A DNA stretch of 64,000 bases, from NCBI GenBank assembly GCA_030248215.1, contig JASANG010002574.1, positions 62,001 through 126,000 of the forward strand, given 5' to 3'. Positions 51,302 through 64,000 of the stretch are shown here, piece by piece. The notes below the pieces were generated by a model that saw only the letters and a list, made by a program, of their open reading frames with translations, did not search any database and was not told the origin of the DNA. The stretch comes from Enoplolaimus lenunculus. Lineage: Eukaryota. The position numbers and the translations under genes were made by a program. The first letter of the stretch is position 1; each line of letters begins with the position of its first letter.

Positions 51302-53013
51302 TGTGCTGTGTTGTTTAATATCATACTGGAAGACAACAACTTTGTTTCTAAAGACACAGACTGTTCTTACACAACCTACTTTACGTAGGATAAGTAAACT
51401 GTGTCAAAAAATATGATGTCAGCAATTGTCCTTTGCCAAAAATCGGGCTTGAGCAACTGTGGTTAATAAAAATTTTTTGGTTCAATCAACTGGCGCTGGT
51501 TTAAACACTATTACAAGCAACTGTGTTGTTTAAGTGATAGTAGTTTTACCAGTAGCCGTTGATTGAAACATAAAATTGAACAATTTCGTTTCATTTTAAA
51601 ACTGTTTTATTAAAATAATTTTTTTACTGACAACACCTACACTTTTGGAATTCTAGTAGCTATCGTTTGAAAAGTTAACAAGTAACAGCGATAAGCAAGC
51701 CGGCCGATGCCTCGTGCATTTTTCCACACCGCGTACACAAATTAAAGTAAACGACGCATAAATTCATTCAATTGTTCGGTTTATTGTGAACTTTTTTCAA
51801 GCGTTTCAAAATATTAATTTTTCTGTTTATCTGATTACAGTGGTCTTAGCCGAATTTTACACAGACATGATTCATGTCAACCTGTGTCTTTGAAGTTGAT
51901 TAGGACTTGAAATCAAGAAAGACCTATAATTTAGGGTTCGAATTTTTTGATAAACTCGCAGCACCTGTATACGCGAACTGTCTTATGTTAAAGTTACCAA
52001 TTTAAGCTCAAAATTAGCACATACTTCAACACGTAATCGTCCGAACAACCTAATTGTGATCGGATATCCCACCGGTTTAGAACAGCAGACCAAAATTTTG
52101 TATTAACATTTAAAGCAAAAATTGCGTTTGGTTTTTCGCTCGGTTCGCTCGCGAGGTTTTTGACTGATTTCCGCTTCATATATCAGAAATTTATGGATCA
52201 GCAACTGAAAACATTATACATAACATTTATAGAGTCCAAAGTATATAAATGTTGTTGATTTTTGCGCATTTTTGCTTTTGAATATAAGCGTCTGCAACCG
52301 GACGTCACCTCCGGCTCCGGCAAGTTTCGTTGACCTCCGGCTCTGGCTCTTATATTTTTATCTCCGGTTGCATCCTGGCGTCTACGTCGGTTAATTATGA
52401 ATTTTTCACCTGCAATTGGCCAAAATATTTTATTGTCATGTTTTGTTAAAATGAAATTTTGCCGTTTTAGCTTTTAAAGAAGTTTCGTGACAATTCTAAG
52501 CAAATTTATACGATAGCGGGTGTTTTCTTTATTAATTATCCATATTTATATATTATTAACCGACATTACACAAGGTCAGAGCCATATATACGTTGCTCAG
52601 CTTCTTGTGATAGGCTGCATAATCCGGTCAAATTTTTCGACCGGAGAATTCGGCCCAGTACTAATCCCTCAGGCCGAACGTTGGACCGGTCCTGCCTCAG
52701 TATAACGCCAATTAGTAATTTTTTTCGTTCAGTTCCGTAATTTTATGCCCCTGTTTTTGTACCTATAACTTTACATATTGCTTACATGTAATTGCGAAAT
52801 GGTTAAAAGCGTCGATGTTGTTAATGATAAGATGATTGAGCAATATCTTAAATCTAGTATGTAAATATCCAGCGGAATGGTGCAAGTAGTTTTCATCTAC
52901 AGCCAAAATTAACAAACAGTCTTACTGATAAGTTTGTTCGATCGCCTTAAACAGTTTCATTACGCCCCTGGTAGCCTCGACAATCGTAATAATCGTTTTA
53001 GTAGAAAAATTTT

Positions 53014-53220
53014 GGCCAATGTCACTTTAAGGTGCGTAACAGTATATTAAGGGTATCCCTAAGCTTAAGCCTAAGCCTAAGCCTAAGCGTTGCAAAAATG
53101 TGTTCCTAAACCTAAACCTAAACCTAAGCCTAAGCAAACAATTGTATTTCTAGAATCTAAACCTACTCTTTTATGGACCCACCAGAAACCTGGACGCCCC
53201 TTAAAGTATTAACATGGGCC
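53014..53220. mobile_element. Family A2 MITE
   Basis: GGCC TIRs, 7/8 TSD, (GCCTAA)n. Confidence 0.8.
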
Positions 53221-55800
53221 GAAATTTTATCAGAATGTTGCACACAATACTTGAAAACTCTGCTTATACTGCGAACCGTCCAAGCTGTATGTTTTTCTAC
53301 TTCTTGGAATGTCTAAACTGTTTGCGCACAAGCATTATTTCTTTGCAACCTGAAGAATTGGAGAAGCGTATGTAAATTGTGACATGGTATAGTCAAGGTA
53401 TTGCGATAATCCCAGCGGTGTACCTACCGTAGAATTTTAATTTTGGTTTAAAGTTAGTGCCGAGCAGCAGTCGGTTAGGCTAAATGATTGGATCTTCAAA
53501 CAAAATTGGCCAATCGTTAGCGATTATTCACTACGATTTTTTGAATACGATATGGGGTCTATTAGCAGACAAAATGTTACCCAATAGGCTAACAGTGGCA
53601 AAACGTGCCGCAAGCTGCCCTGGTTATAACGTGAACCCCGCATAAGTGGTTCCATCGTACAAAAATATTTTCGACTTGAAAGCGGGCGGTCGCTCATGCC
53701 CGTCCTTCTCAGTGGCTTCATGAAAATGCTACGCAATGTTCGGTCCGTGTGACGATCAGGGGCGGAACGTTTTTCTGCTGGACTGCAGTAGAGTAAGCTT
53801 AAGCCAAAGACTAATTTCTTTGCTTAGGCTTGTAACAGTTCATTCTTACGCTTTAGGCTTACGCTTAGGTTTATGTTTAGTATTAATGTGCTAATACTAC
53901 TGATACGGTCCTGTTCTGTACATTGGCTTACAGTTCTACGAGTGTAACACTGCTGAAAATCGAAAAACTTTCCATGCCAACTTTCTAGAAGAAATATTCG
54001 ATTTTTGACAAAATTTACTCTTTTAATAAAAGCGAACGAACAACAATTTGTTAATCAATAATGAATTTTAGTATTTTGACTTTGACAAATATGTAAAACA
54101 ACCCATTATTTTTTAAAAATTACTCATATTAAAGAAAGCAAAAATTTGTCAACTTTCAAATGAAATATTAATTAGCATATGAATTAAAAATATAAGGTTA
54201 TTGGCTTTTGCTTTAATATTAAATATCCCGCAAGTAAAATATTTGTTTTGTACAAATTTAAAATCATGCAAATATACCGTTAAAAACACCGTCAACCGGA
54301 TAATAATCTTATATCCTGCATACATAATGTCACGATTTTATTAGATTTCAATGAAATATCTCAGTTTTTTTTAATTTTTCAATGTCAATCAAGAAATTTT
54401 GACCGTAAGGCACCAGAAGCCAAAACAATTTTATTTCCGGATTTATGTTATTGCGGGGTCAATGTAAAGAACTGAGGCGGAACAGTATTATAAGCATATT
54501 CCTAAAGCCAAGCAAAAAATAGTCTAAAACTTAAGCTTACTCTGTCCTAGTCTCATAGAGAAACGTTCTGACCCTGATCGTTACATGGGCCTTGCAACAC
54601 GTTTATTTGCTATTAGACTATTGAGAAACATTTTGTCTGCTTAAGTAAACCCAATATCGCATATCACATACATTTATGATCGTCGACAGATTGTCTGCGA
54701 ATGTCATATTACACGATTGAAAGGTAACAAAATCGTTCTGGAGAATATTGTAAAAAGTTCTAGAATTTGGAATTTGAATTTTTCAAAATTTTAAATAAGT
54801 TCAGCTTTTGAAAATACATTACTGGTGCTTATTTAATGTTTTTGAAGCATATTTAGTTCGTTTTTTAAGTTTTTTGTTTCTTAAAATAAGTAGTACACTG
54901 CGCAAATATAGCACTGTTCAGCGCCGTATCATATGATATTTGCATAAATGTGCCATAGTATATATTGTCACATGTTGGCTCATGTACGCATTCAACATCT
55001 GACAGCAGTGCTTTCATCAGTCAATATTATATGACATTCGAGTTTTGTCTATTTGCCCGATATATGAGAGCCTGAAATTTATAGTTGACGTCGAATCCAC
55101 ATGTGATAAATGAAGTCTCAACCTTAACCAATTTTAGCCTGAAATCCGCATTTGTGCTAAAATTATATTAGGTATCGATCTAGTTTAAGGTGCCTATGGC
55201 ATATGTCATCCCAACCCTTTGCCCTAGTTAGCATTAATCATAATTCTCTTAATTTCGTAAAAACAACTAAGGAAACTCGTGCACTTAGTATTCAGTAGGT
55301 CTTCTATAAGCTCATCCAAAGTTCAATCTCAAGAATAGAAACTGTAACATCAAACAACTATCGTATCTAACATCAGTTAGCAATAGGTTTCTAAACATAC
55401 AACTATCAGGTCAACATGTCATCGAAATTTCAACCAATCATTGACTGGGTGTTTATTTTACTTAAATATTTTTGTTCATTTCGCTTAAACCTAACAGTCG
55501 CTATTTCCGTCGCTAGGTACGTCTTAACAAAACTTCGACAATCTTGCCAGATATTGCTTATCTGCTAATCAATATTTTTAAGCCCAAGCCAATTATAAAT
55601 TTTTCACAATTTTCTAGAAGACAACTTTCACAATATCTCGAAAGCATCAGGTAACATTTGAGAAAATATTGCGATGGACACTTTAGTCAAAAGCTTCAGT
55701 ATCCAGGACACTGAATACTGTAGCTGTTTGGCTTCAGTGTCCGAGATACTACGCATATTGTGAAAGTTGCACAATTTTGTAACCAAATTTAGCATGAAAA

Positions 55801-55995
55801 TCTATATATTAAAGCTGGAACGACCCACATACGTATTTTGGGCAAATTTCCAGCATTACTTTGTTTACAAAATCTTTTTAAAATTTTTTTTAGGAAATAC
55901 ACGTGGTTGATTGTTCTTTGTTCTATGAAAAGAAAATTTGCAATAAATTTTTGTGCTCTCGCTAACTTGCGCATTGTGCAAAGCGGGCAGACTAG
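55801..55995 (+). mobile_element. Non-autonomous Helitron (~190 bp)
   Basis: Inserted between A and T; 5' TC(TATATATTAAAGCTG), 3' hairpin cgctaacttgcgcattgtgcaaagcg then CTAG; no TSD. Homologues at 22786-22961 and 48301-48470. Confidence 0.78.
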
Positions 55996-58054
55996 TTACT
56001 ATTAAAGTTCGTTTTCGTAACGTTTTTTAAACAATTCAAAAGTTAAATGATGACAATATAACTGATTAACGCACAGCCGAACTATCTTTCCAGTGGAATT
56101 TTACGAGAGTCGTAGAATAATCCATTAGAAACACCTTGGTATATAATTTTAGCAGCTTGGGACATGTTTTTCCCATTAGACTATTGGTAACATCTTGTCT
56201 GCTTATAAATGCCATATAAAATTCAAAAATCCGCAGTTGTCTGCGATCATGATGTGTAGGTCAACTTTTATACATCAATATCATATTAGATTACTAGCCA
56301 TATTGTCTGCGAATATATGTTTGCAATTGTCTGCATAAAAGAGGTAGTAACATAACCAAATTGTCCTGTTGAATATCACACGATGGAAAAAACTTGAAAT
56401 TTAACTTTTATGGTTGTGACGCTAGTTTTGGCTAATTTTAAGGTTGAAAACGAATTTTTTGTTGCGCATGAGAGAAGTACATTTTCCTACTGAATATCAT
56501 ATGATATTCGTTGAAATTTTAAAATATCATATTACATTCGCATAAATGCCCTACAGCATCACATGATATGATGACCTCCTGTACAGACACATCTGAATGG
56601 TTTGTAGATCAGTGTCATGTGACATTCGACATTTCTCTGTTCATCCGATATAAGAGCCCGAATTTTAACGTTGACGTCAAATCAACAAGGCACAAACTGT
56701 GACCCGACTGCTCCGGTTATACCATAAATCCGGCATTGAATAATGTAGTTTCTACGCTGATAATTGAGGGCCTGGCAAACCGCGACCGTTGAGGTCCAAC
56801 CAGTTGCTTTTTTAGGTTCGAATAAACTGGCTATTTATTATTTTTTGCTACCCACACACTGTTACATGGTATATTTGCGTCTATACTTTGTTTTGTTGAA
56901 TACATAGCACTTTTTAGCATATGTATTTGACATACATACGCGATATATTGAAAGTTTTGGCATTTTTGTTCCGCGGTTTCGCCTCAAAACAGGAACTTAA
57001 AATTAATAAATATTGTTTTTGCTTAAAACTCAGTAGGAAACCAAGATAAGTAACTAAAACTGAAGATTACAAAGTTAAATTTGGCTATGAAACGCTTCGG
57101 GTTATTCGATACTTTTTGCGTCAATTTTTAATAGATAAACATGTATCGTACACTGCACAAATGGTAAGTCAAATTGACTCTCTCCGAAATAGGCTTTTCG
57201 GAACAACACAAACTCAGTCAAAATGTAGCTCTGTCAGACTCAAATTCGATTCACTGAGGCAAACGTTCAACGCTGGTGGAGCCGAATTTCACTCAGTTTG
57301 TGTAGTCCCGAAATGCCTATTTCGGAGAATGTCAATTTGAATCACCATTTTTTGCAGTGCTGTATTTTGATACAAAAATTGCAACAAAAAATGTGCAACT
57401 CGGGCGTTGGTTAAATTCAATTTAGAAGTTATTCTGAATTTTGCAAAAGTCGCTACAAAAACGATTAATTTTAGTGTAAAAATTGTTAAAAATATGTAAA
57501 TGAACATAAAAAATCTCTCAAACGGTGTTTTTATTTCATTAGGTATGGGTTTATCTTGAAATAGATGGACACTATTTCTCCAAGGGCCCCATACTGCCAC
57601 ATGGGGTGGTTTGTAAAAACGAATTGTGGGACCGAGTGATGTGGGTTGGCCGCGGACTTCCCAATTTTTATTTTTGGGCAAAAGTGTAGCTAAACAATAT
57701 ATTTTACATCTTTTGAAATGATTCTGATAACCTGGGTGCAGCAGCTGATCCAAAAACGAGGAGGGACACACAGAGGTGTAAATGGGTTAAGTATTGTTTT
57801 CAGAAACATAAGCTTTAGCAACCTGCTTTACTTGTGAAAGATACTAGCTATATACTTTGAACCGCTGTTTGCTGATTTTTCATGAAAATTTTAAAGATTA
57901 ACAAATTTTTACCCGCGTATTAGAAATTCTTTACCCCGTGGAATACATGCATCAAAAATTTCCTATTCGGCAAGCTTTTACCCGCAGGTTGACACGCTGT
58001 GAAGTGATTAACAACGGTGCAAGAAACCTGGCGAACGAAGCGAACGAAAAGCCA

Positions 58055-61000
58055 CACTGTGAATTTCAGTGAGTTGATTTTAACTCAGAATAAGTTGAAT
58101 CCACTCAGTTTGAGTTAGGACTATAAGAACTCAGAATTCTGAGTTGATTCAATTCATTCTGAGTTAATTAATCAACTTACCCAGAGTCAAATCAATTCAG
58201 AGTGCGAATTCACTCAACTGAAATTGAGTTAATGTTTGCTGATATTAACTCAGAGATAACCAACTCGCTAGCTGAATTAATTAATCAACTCATTGGAATT
58301 TACAGTGCAAATGCATTTTGAGTAATTTGTTCGATATGGAAGTTAATACTATTCCTTTATTTAGGTTTTATATTCGATGCAATACACAATTTTCTGTCTT
58401 TAAAAATACTATTGCGCCTCCTTAAGCCTAAGCAAAAAATGGTCTAAAATCTATTAAGCTTACTCTTATGCAATTCCGCCAAAAAACGAACTACAACGAT
58501 TTGCAAACACAATCTTCAAAATTGTACAGAAGTACTTAGTTTAAATGGATTGTCTTCCGGTGGGCAACATTGTTTCACAAAATGTCCCAAAATATCTTAA
58601 AAAATTTTTTACATATTTGTCTAAAAATATTTTGCAAAAGCATTAATACACTGTAAATCATAGAGAGTTAATTTTAACTCATAACGAGTTGAATCACTCA
58701 GTCTGAGTTAGGACGTTCAGAACTCAGAATTGTGAGTAAACAATCTCATTGTGAGTTAACTATTATTCAATTCACCAGGAATCAAATGACCTCATCGTGG
58801 AAATCAACTCAACTCAGAGTAAGTTAATGTTTACTGTTTTATTAAACTCAGAAATAACTAACTCTCTAGCTGAGTTGATAAATCAACTCATTGAAATTTA
58901 TGGTGTATCAACAATTGTTCCCATCGTGTTTTTAAGCCCCCCCCCTTAAAGTTCGCGTACGTCACATTTCAAGTTTATTTTCACCTTTTCAGTAGTAATT
59001 CCTCAGTATTTCCTGCTTAGTATGCTTGTCTTGATCCGCTTTTATTTCTATTTTTATAAGAATGTTTGTCTCCAAGCGTTGTGTATTATTAAGTAATAAT
59101 TAGAGGAAATGTAATGTTCATTACTAATAATTCGACCAAGTTTGTCGATATTAATAATAAAACTGAGATTATGAAGGTCTGAAAATTGAAGATTAACATC
59201 ACTTTAATATCTCATATGACCCAAACGAAAGATTTCAATAATGGATACAGCCAGTGTCATTTTGAGTAAGTATCCGTTTTGACACGTGACTACTATAAAA
59301 GTAGATACAGGTTCTATGCTAAATTTTTGGTTAGGCTACGATTCGGCTTAGACGAATTTTTACACATTAGGTTTCCAATTTGGCTTAAACTCAAAATAAT
59401 ATTTCTGATATTTAGGAAAAAATTTCTTACATTTAAGAAACATAATTAGCAAGGTGCACTTGAAAAGTATTTCCGTTATAACAGAAAAGTTTTCAAAAAG
59501 GTTTTGAAACAAAGTCTGAAAATAAACGTTTTCCAGTTATTTTCAGATAATTGTCTTAAATATCATAAAAACTTTTCAGATTTGCCGCAGAAAACACTTT
59601 TCGGAATAAATTCAGAAATACTTTTTGTGTAGAGGCTTTGGGAATGCGTTAACGCAGATCACACGTTACGATTGGTACAGGTTGTGCACAATGTGTCCTC
59701 CCTTTTAATGCTATTGTCCGTTGACACAATACAGTATTGCGACAACTATATATCTAGACCAGAATACTAGCTGAAGCTTAGCTACACTGTAAATTTCAGT
59801 GAGTTCATTTTAATTCAGAATGAGTTGAATCACTCAGTCTGAGTTAGGACTATCAGAACTCAGAATTTTGAGTTGATTCAATTTATCAAGAGTTAATTAA
59901 GCAACTCGCCAAGAGTCAACTCAACTCAGAGTGAGAATCAACTCGACTCAGAGTGAGTTAATGTTTACTGATATTAATTCCGAAATAAACCAACTCGCTA
60001 GCTGAATTGATTAACCAACTCATTGGAACTTACAGTGATGTTTTATATAATTGCTCTTTGTACACAAAACGTCCGCAGTTGTGGATATCAATAAACTTTG
60101 GATGCATTTGGTTGAAAAACTTTAGTTTCAATTTTGAAATAGTACGATATAGCTTTTCTGACGGATACTCGGCTATGACATGGACATCTTGTATCAATCA
60201 TAACGTGTGATTGGCATTAAGATTGTTATTCCTTCGGAAAACAAAGGAAATTCCAGCGAGTTGATTTTAACTCCGAATGAGTTGAATCCACTCAGAAGCG
60301 TGAGATCCGAATTAGGTCTTTCAGAGCTGAGAATACTGAATTAATTGAACTCATTCTGAGTAAATGAATTCACTCAACCGGAAATAAATCAGCCATAGTA
60401 TTAACTCAGAAATAACCAGAAATGACTAATTCGCTATCAAACTTGAGTAATGAACTCATAGGAATTAAGAGTGTATAAAGGATATTTATATATTTTCTGT
60501 AATAGGAAAGACTAAACGAAATTAGTTTTAACTAAAATGGTAAATATTATCTGGTTATAAATTGTACTGCATATGTCTGGGACCAAGTAAACATTGCTTA
60601 CATCCCTTTCAAAAAGCAATTATGGGTTATCCACGTAATATTAATGCGCGTATAGTTGTAAAAAATTGTCCACTCGCCACCTTAGGACCAGTGTCAAAAA
60701 CTATGCTATAAGCAGTGTCTGCACTGTGAATTCCGATGAATTGATGAATCAACTCTGAAAAAGAATTAGTTATTTCTGGTTATTTCTGACTTAGTAACCA
60801 TTTACCCACTCTGAACTGATTTAATTCTTGGTTAACTGATCAATTAACCCGGAGTGAGTTGAGGCAATTCAAGATTCTGACTTCTGAAAGTCCTAATTCA
60901 GAGCTCAGACCTCTAAGTGGATTTGATTCATTCTGAGTTAAAATCAACTCACTGAAATTTACAGTGTGGTGATAACACTCACAATGAACTTGAATAACCA

Positions 61001-62899
61001 GTTTTGTCCGGGCAGTGTTCGAAGGGAGTAGGGACAAAGCAGTGTCACTATGTATTGACTACTAATAAAACGTACTCTCTGGCTGCAGCTTTGTTTCTGC
61101 GAAATAATTTTAGTTTTGCTCTGCATAGTTTTTGCTAATAAAAACAAATGTACAACAATAGACCCTTCGAGCAGTGTCTCGTTATAGCGTAAGGGACATA
61201 ATGCACTCTGTACTGTGGACGTACCGACTTTGTAGATACTGTAAACAGGATGTCTGCGTTGTCCCTGGACTCTGGAAACAGACTAGTTCTGAATATAACA
61301 TCTTTCCTACAGATGTTCTAAAAATGACCCAGGTCCTTACCCATACTTGGATAATATTTTACAGTAATCCGTGCACTATTACGTGGATGACCCGTTAGCC
61401 AGTTTTTTATAGTTAAATACACGATATTTTAGGAAAAAACACCGCAATAAAATACGGTTAAATTCAAATCCCAGCGGAGTATTGTTTTGATTAAGATTAA
61501 TCGTTTGAGATCGAAACCATTTTTTAAATCCAAAAAAACCGTTGTAACGTTTATTAGCTAAAGGAAACGTTTCTTTCAAGCCCCGGAACTATGGGCGAAT
61601 ACGGGGCGAGGAAGGCGTTCCACAGGTATGGCTGCAAATTGTTTCTACAGCACAATGACACTGTAAATTTCAGTGAGTTGATTTTAACTCAGAATGAGTT
61701 GAATCACTCAGTCTGAGTTAGGACTTTCAGAACTCAGAAAGTTGAGTTGATTCAATTCATTCTGAGTTAATTAATCAACTCACCCAGAGTCAACTCAACT
61801 CAGAGTGAGAATCAAATCAACACAGAGTAAGTTAATGTATACTGATATTAATTCAGAAATAACCAACACGCTACCTGAATTGATTAATCAACTCATTGGA
61901 ATTTAGAGTGGAGAATTCTATGTTAGAATAATTTTTCTGGTTCTTTTAGAAATTTTCTTTCACTAATCAAATTACAGGTTACGCAACTACACTGCAAAAA
62001 ATTGCGAGTTTAAATTGACTTGCAATTTACAGTGAACTATCTTTCCTTACCTTTACACTGTATTAAATTCTAATGAGTTGATTTTAAATCAGAATGAGTT
62101 GAATCCACTGAGAAGTCTGAGCCCTGAATTAGGTCCTTCACAACTCAGGATTGTGAATTGATTGAACTCATTCTGAGTTAATTAATCAATTCGTTAGGAC
62201 TATCAGAACTCACAATTCTGAGTTGATTCAACTCATAAGCAACTCACCCGGAGTCAAATCAACTCAGTGTGAGTTAAAGTTTACTGTTATTTACTCAGAA
62301 ATAACTAACTTTTCGTCTTAACTAACTCATTGCAAGTTACAGTGAATAGATTTTTATAAATTTTGTATTCAACTTTTCATGAAGCAATCCCAATTCAACA
62401 AAAAAATCGGCTCATAATCTGATTAGCCAATAGTGGATGATCACTCGTGGACAAGAGTGTGCAATTGTCGGATTTTTACATGGAACAAAATGTACTACCG
62501 GGGTTGCGTTATTTGATGTCACCCTGATTTAGGATGGAGTTCGATGTTAAATGTTGTAATACGCCTATGGAATTTTAAGAATGTAAACGGAGTTGTTTTT
62601 GGTGATTGGCTTGTTACGTATTTCCTTCATCTGCGCAAATTTCACCGCCCCCCCAAATAAGGGGGATTGGCCAAAAACACAACGTACGCTGGATGCATTG
62701 TTTGTACTCACACTGTAAATTTCAATGAGTTGATTAATCAATTCAGCTAGCGAGTTGGTTATTTCTGAATTAATATCAGTAAACATTAATTCATTGTATA
62801 ACCTGGAGTTGATTCTCACTTTGAGTTGAGTTGACTCTGGGTGAGTTGGTTATTTGATTCAACTCATTCTGAGTTAAAATTAACTCACTGAAATTTACG
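58055..62899. mobile_element. Cluster of eight family B CACTG MITEs
   Basis: Copies at 58055-58307 (TSD ca), 58649-58905 (ta), 59785-60037, ~60242-60473, 60722-60966 (inverted, tg), 61659-61910 (ga), 62056-62344 and 62711-~62899 (inverted). Confidence 0.82.
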
Positions 62900-64000
62900 T
62901 TGCAAAAGGTACCCAGTTGCACATTCTTGTGTAAATGATCATCCAGTCATGGTTTAACTTATCATGCGTATAGCTATTTCAGCCAAAAAGTTTTAAACTT
63001 TTCCGTTTTGCATATCTCCGTCGGCATAGCTTTGGCTCCGGCTTAAGGTTAGGCATTACGTTTCTGAAAAGACCTATCTAAAAGCCTATACCTAAGCCTA
63101 AACCATTACCTAATGTTTTATTTAAAAGCCTTAGCCTCAGTCTAACCATGAGCTTTATTCTCAAATGCGGGGGTCAGAGACTACAAGAACCAAACTTTTT
63201 GTTCAAGGCGAGTTGAAGCCCACTTGCACTTTCCATTAAGGCTTGTTTCTATAGGCACTGACGTGCCACTATGACACTTGAAACTTTATGGTTCAACGCT
63301 GGCTTTCAGAATTTTTTACATTTTTAAATGTGATGCAACTTGCTTAAGTAGAAATTAAGAAATATTAACTTTGTTGAATAAGTTTTTCTTGGCTTGAGCC
63401 GCCTTAAATTTTGAGCAAAGCAAAGATGCATAACAATATATAACAGCGTCCGAATTTCTAGCGATTTACAGGATAAATATTTGAGCTTCTACACTGCAAA
63501 AAATGGTGAGTCAAATTGACTCTCTCCGAAATACGCTTTTCCGGATTACACAAGCTGAGTCAAAATTCGACTCCGCCAGAGTCAAATTCGACTCAATGAA
63601 CTGGCAGAGGCGAATTTTGACTCAGATTGTGTAGTCCGGAAGAGCCTATTTCGGAAAGAGTACAATTTGACTCACCATTTTTTGTAGTGTAACCAACAAT
63701 TACAATTTGACATTGTAGTACAATTTTAAGCACAGGGCCATTGAAGATAGGATTATATCACTTCACTCCTCCGGAAAAAATTAAAATTTGTAAATGTAAT
63801 ATTTTTGCTAAATTTTTTGCTTGTTTATGTCGCATTAAAACGTTAGTTAATGTACTGGCAAAATACAAAGATGGTTTATAATATTCAGAGCAAATAAAGC
63901 TTTAAAAAACTATTCGTTAGTATTTTTAAAGTGTGACAGCATACAGCGTAAATTTGGGTTCATTTGTTTTAAATTTTGTTTGACATTTTTGAAATTTAAA

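Noticed and set aside
57289..57771. 160-aa minus-strand ORF (likewise 44755-45210 and 28354-28781)
   Set aside because: There is no recognisable domain or splice support, and the ORFs run into or lie next to MITE sequence.

Overview
This is AT-rich eukaryotic genomic DNA, most likely from a nematode. That is an inference from pervasive TTAGGC telomere-type repeats and TTTCAG/TTTTAG acceptors. Two protein-coding genes can be reconstructed. The first is the 3' 16 exons of a DAAM-family formin on the + strand (2458-28117, 1025 aa visible, 5' end upstream of the window). The second is a two-exon rhodopsin-class, FMRFamide-receptor-like GPCR (38844-41110, +). The rest is packed with short non-autonomous DNA elements, which I assigned only from termini and target-site duplications (TSDs): Merlin-like (8-bp TSD, GGCC ends), CACTA/CMC-like (2-bp TSD), hAT-like, PIF/Harbinger-like, piggyBac-like, Tc1/pogo-like, P-like and Helitron. 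No transposase ORF is visible. The most notable observations are: (1) roughly 30 copies or fragments of a MITE that carries telomeric TTAGGC arrays between its TIRs; (2) a ~1.3-kb non-coding cassette with a TATA/octamer promoter and strand-specific G-U hairpins; (3) a TTAA-flanked MITE holding a tRNA-like Pol III A/B-box module; (4) duplicated formin splice-acceptor regions whose upstream copies have lost the AG; (5) an inverted-triplication palindrome. All calls were made by eye, without database searches.
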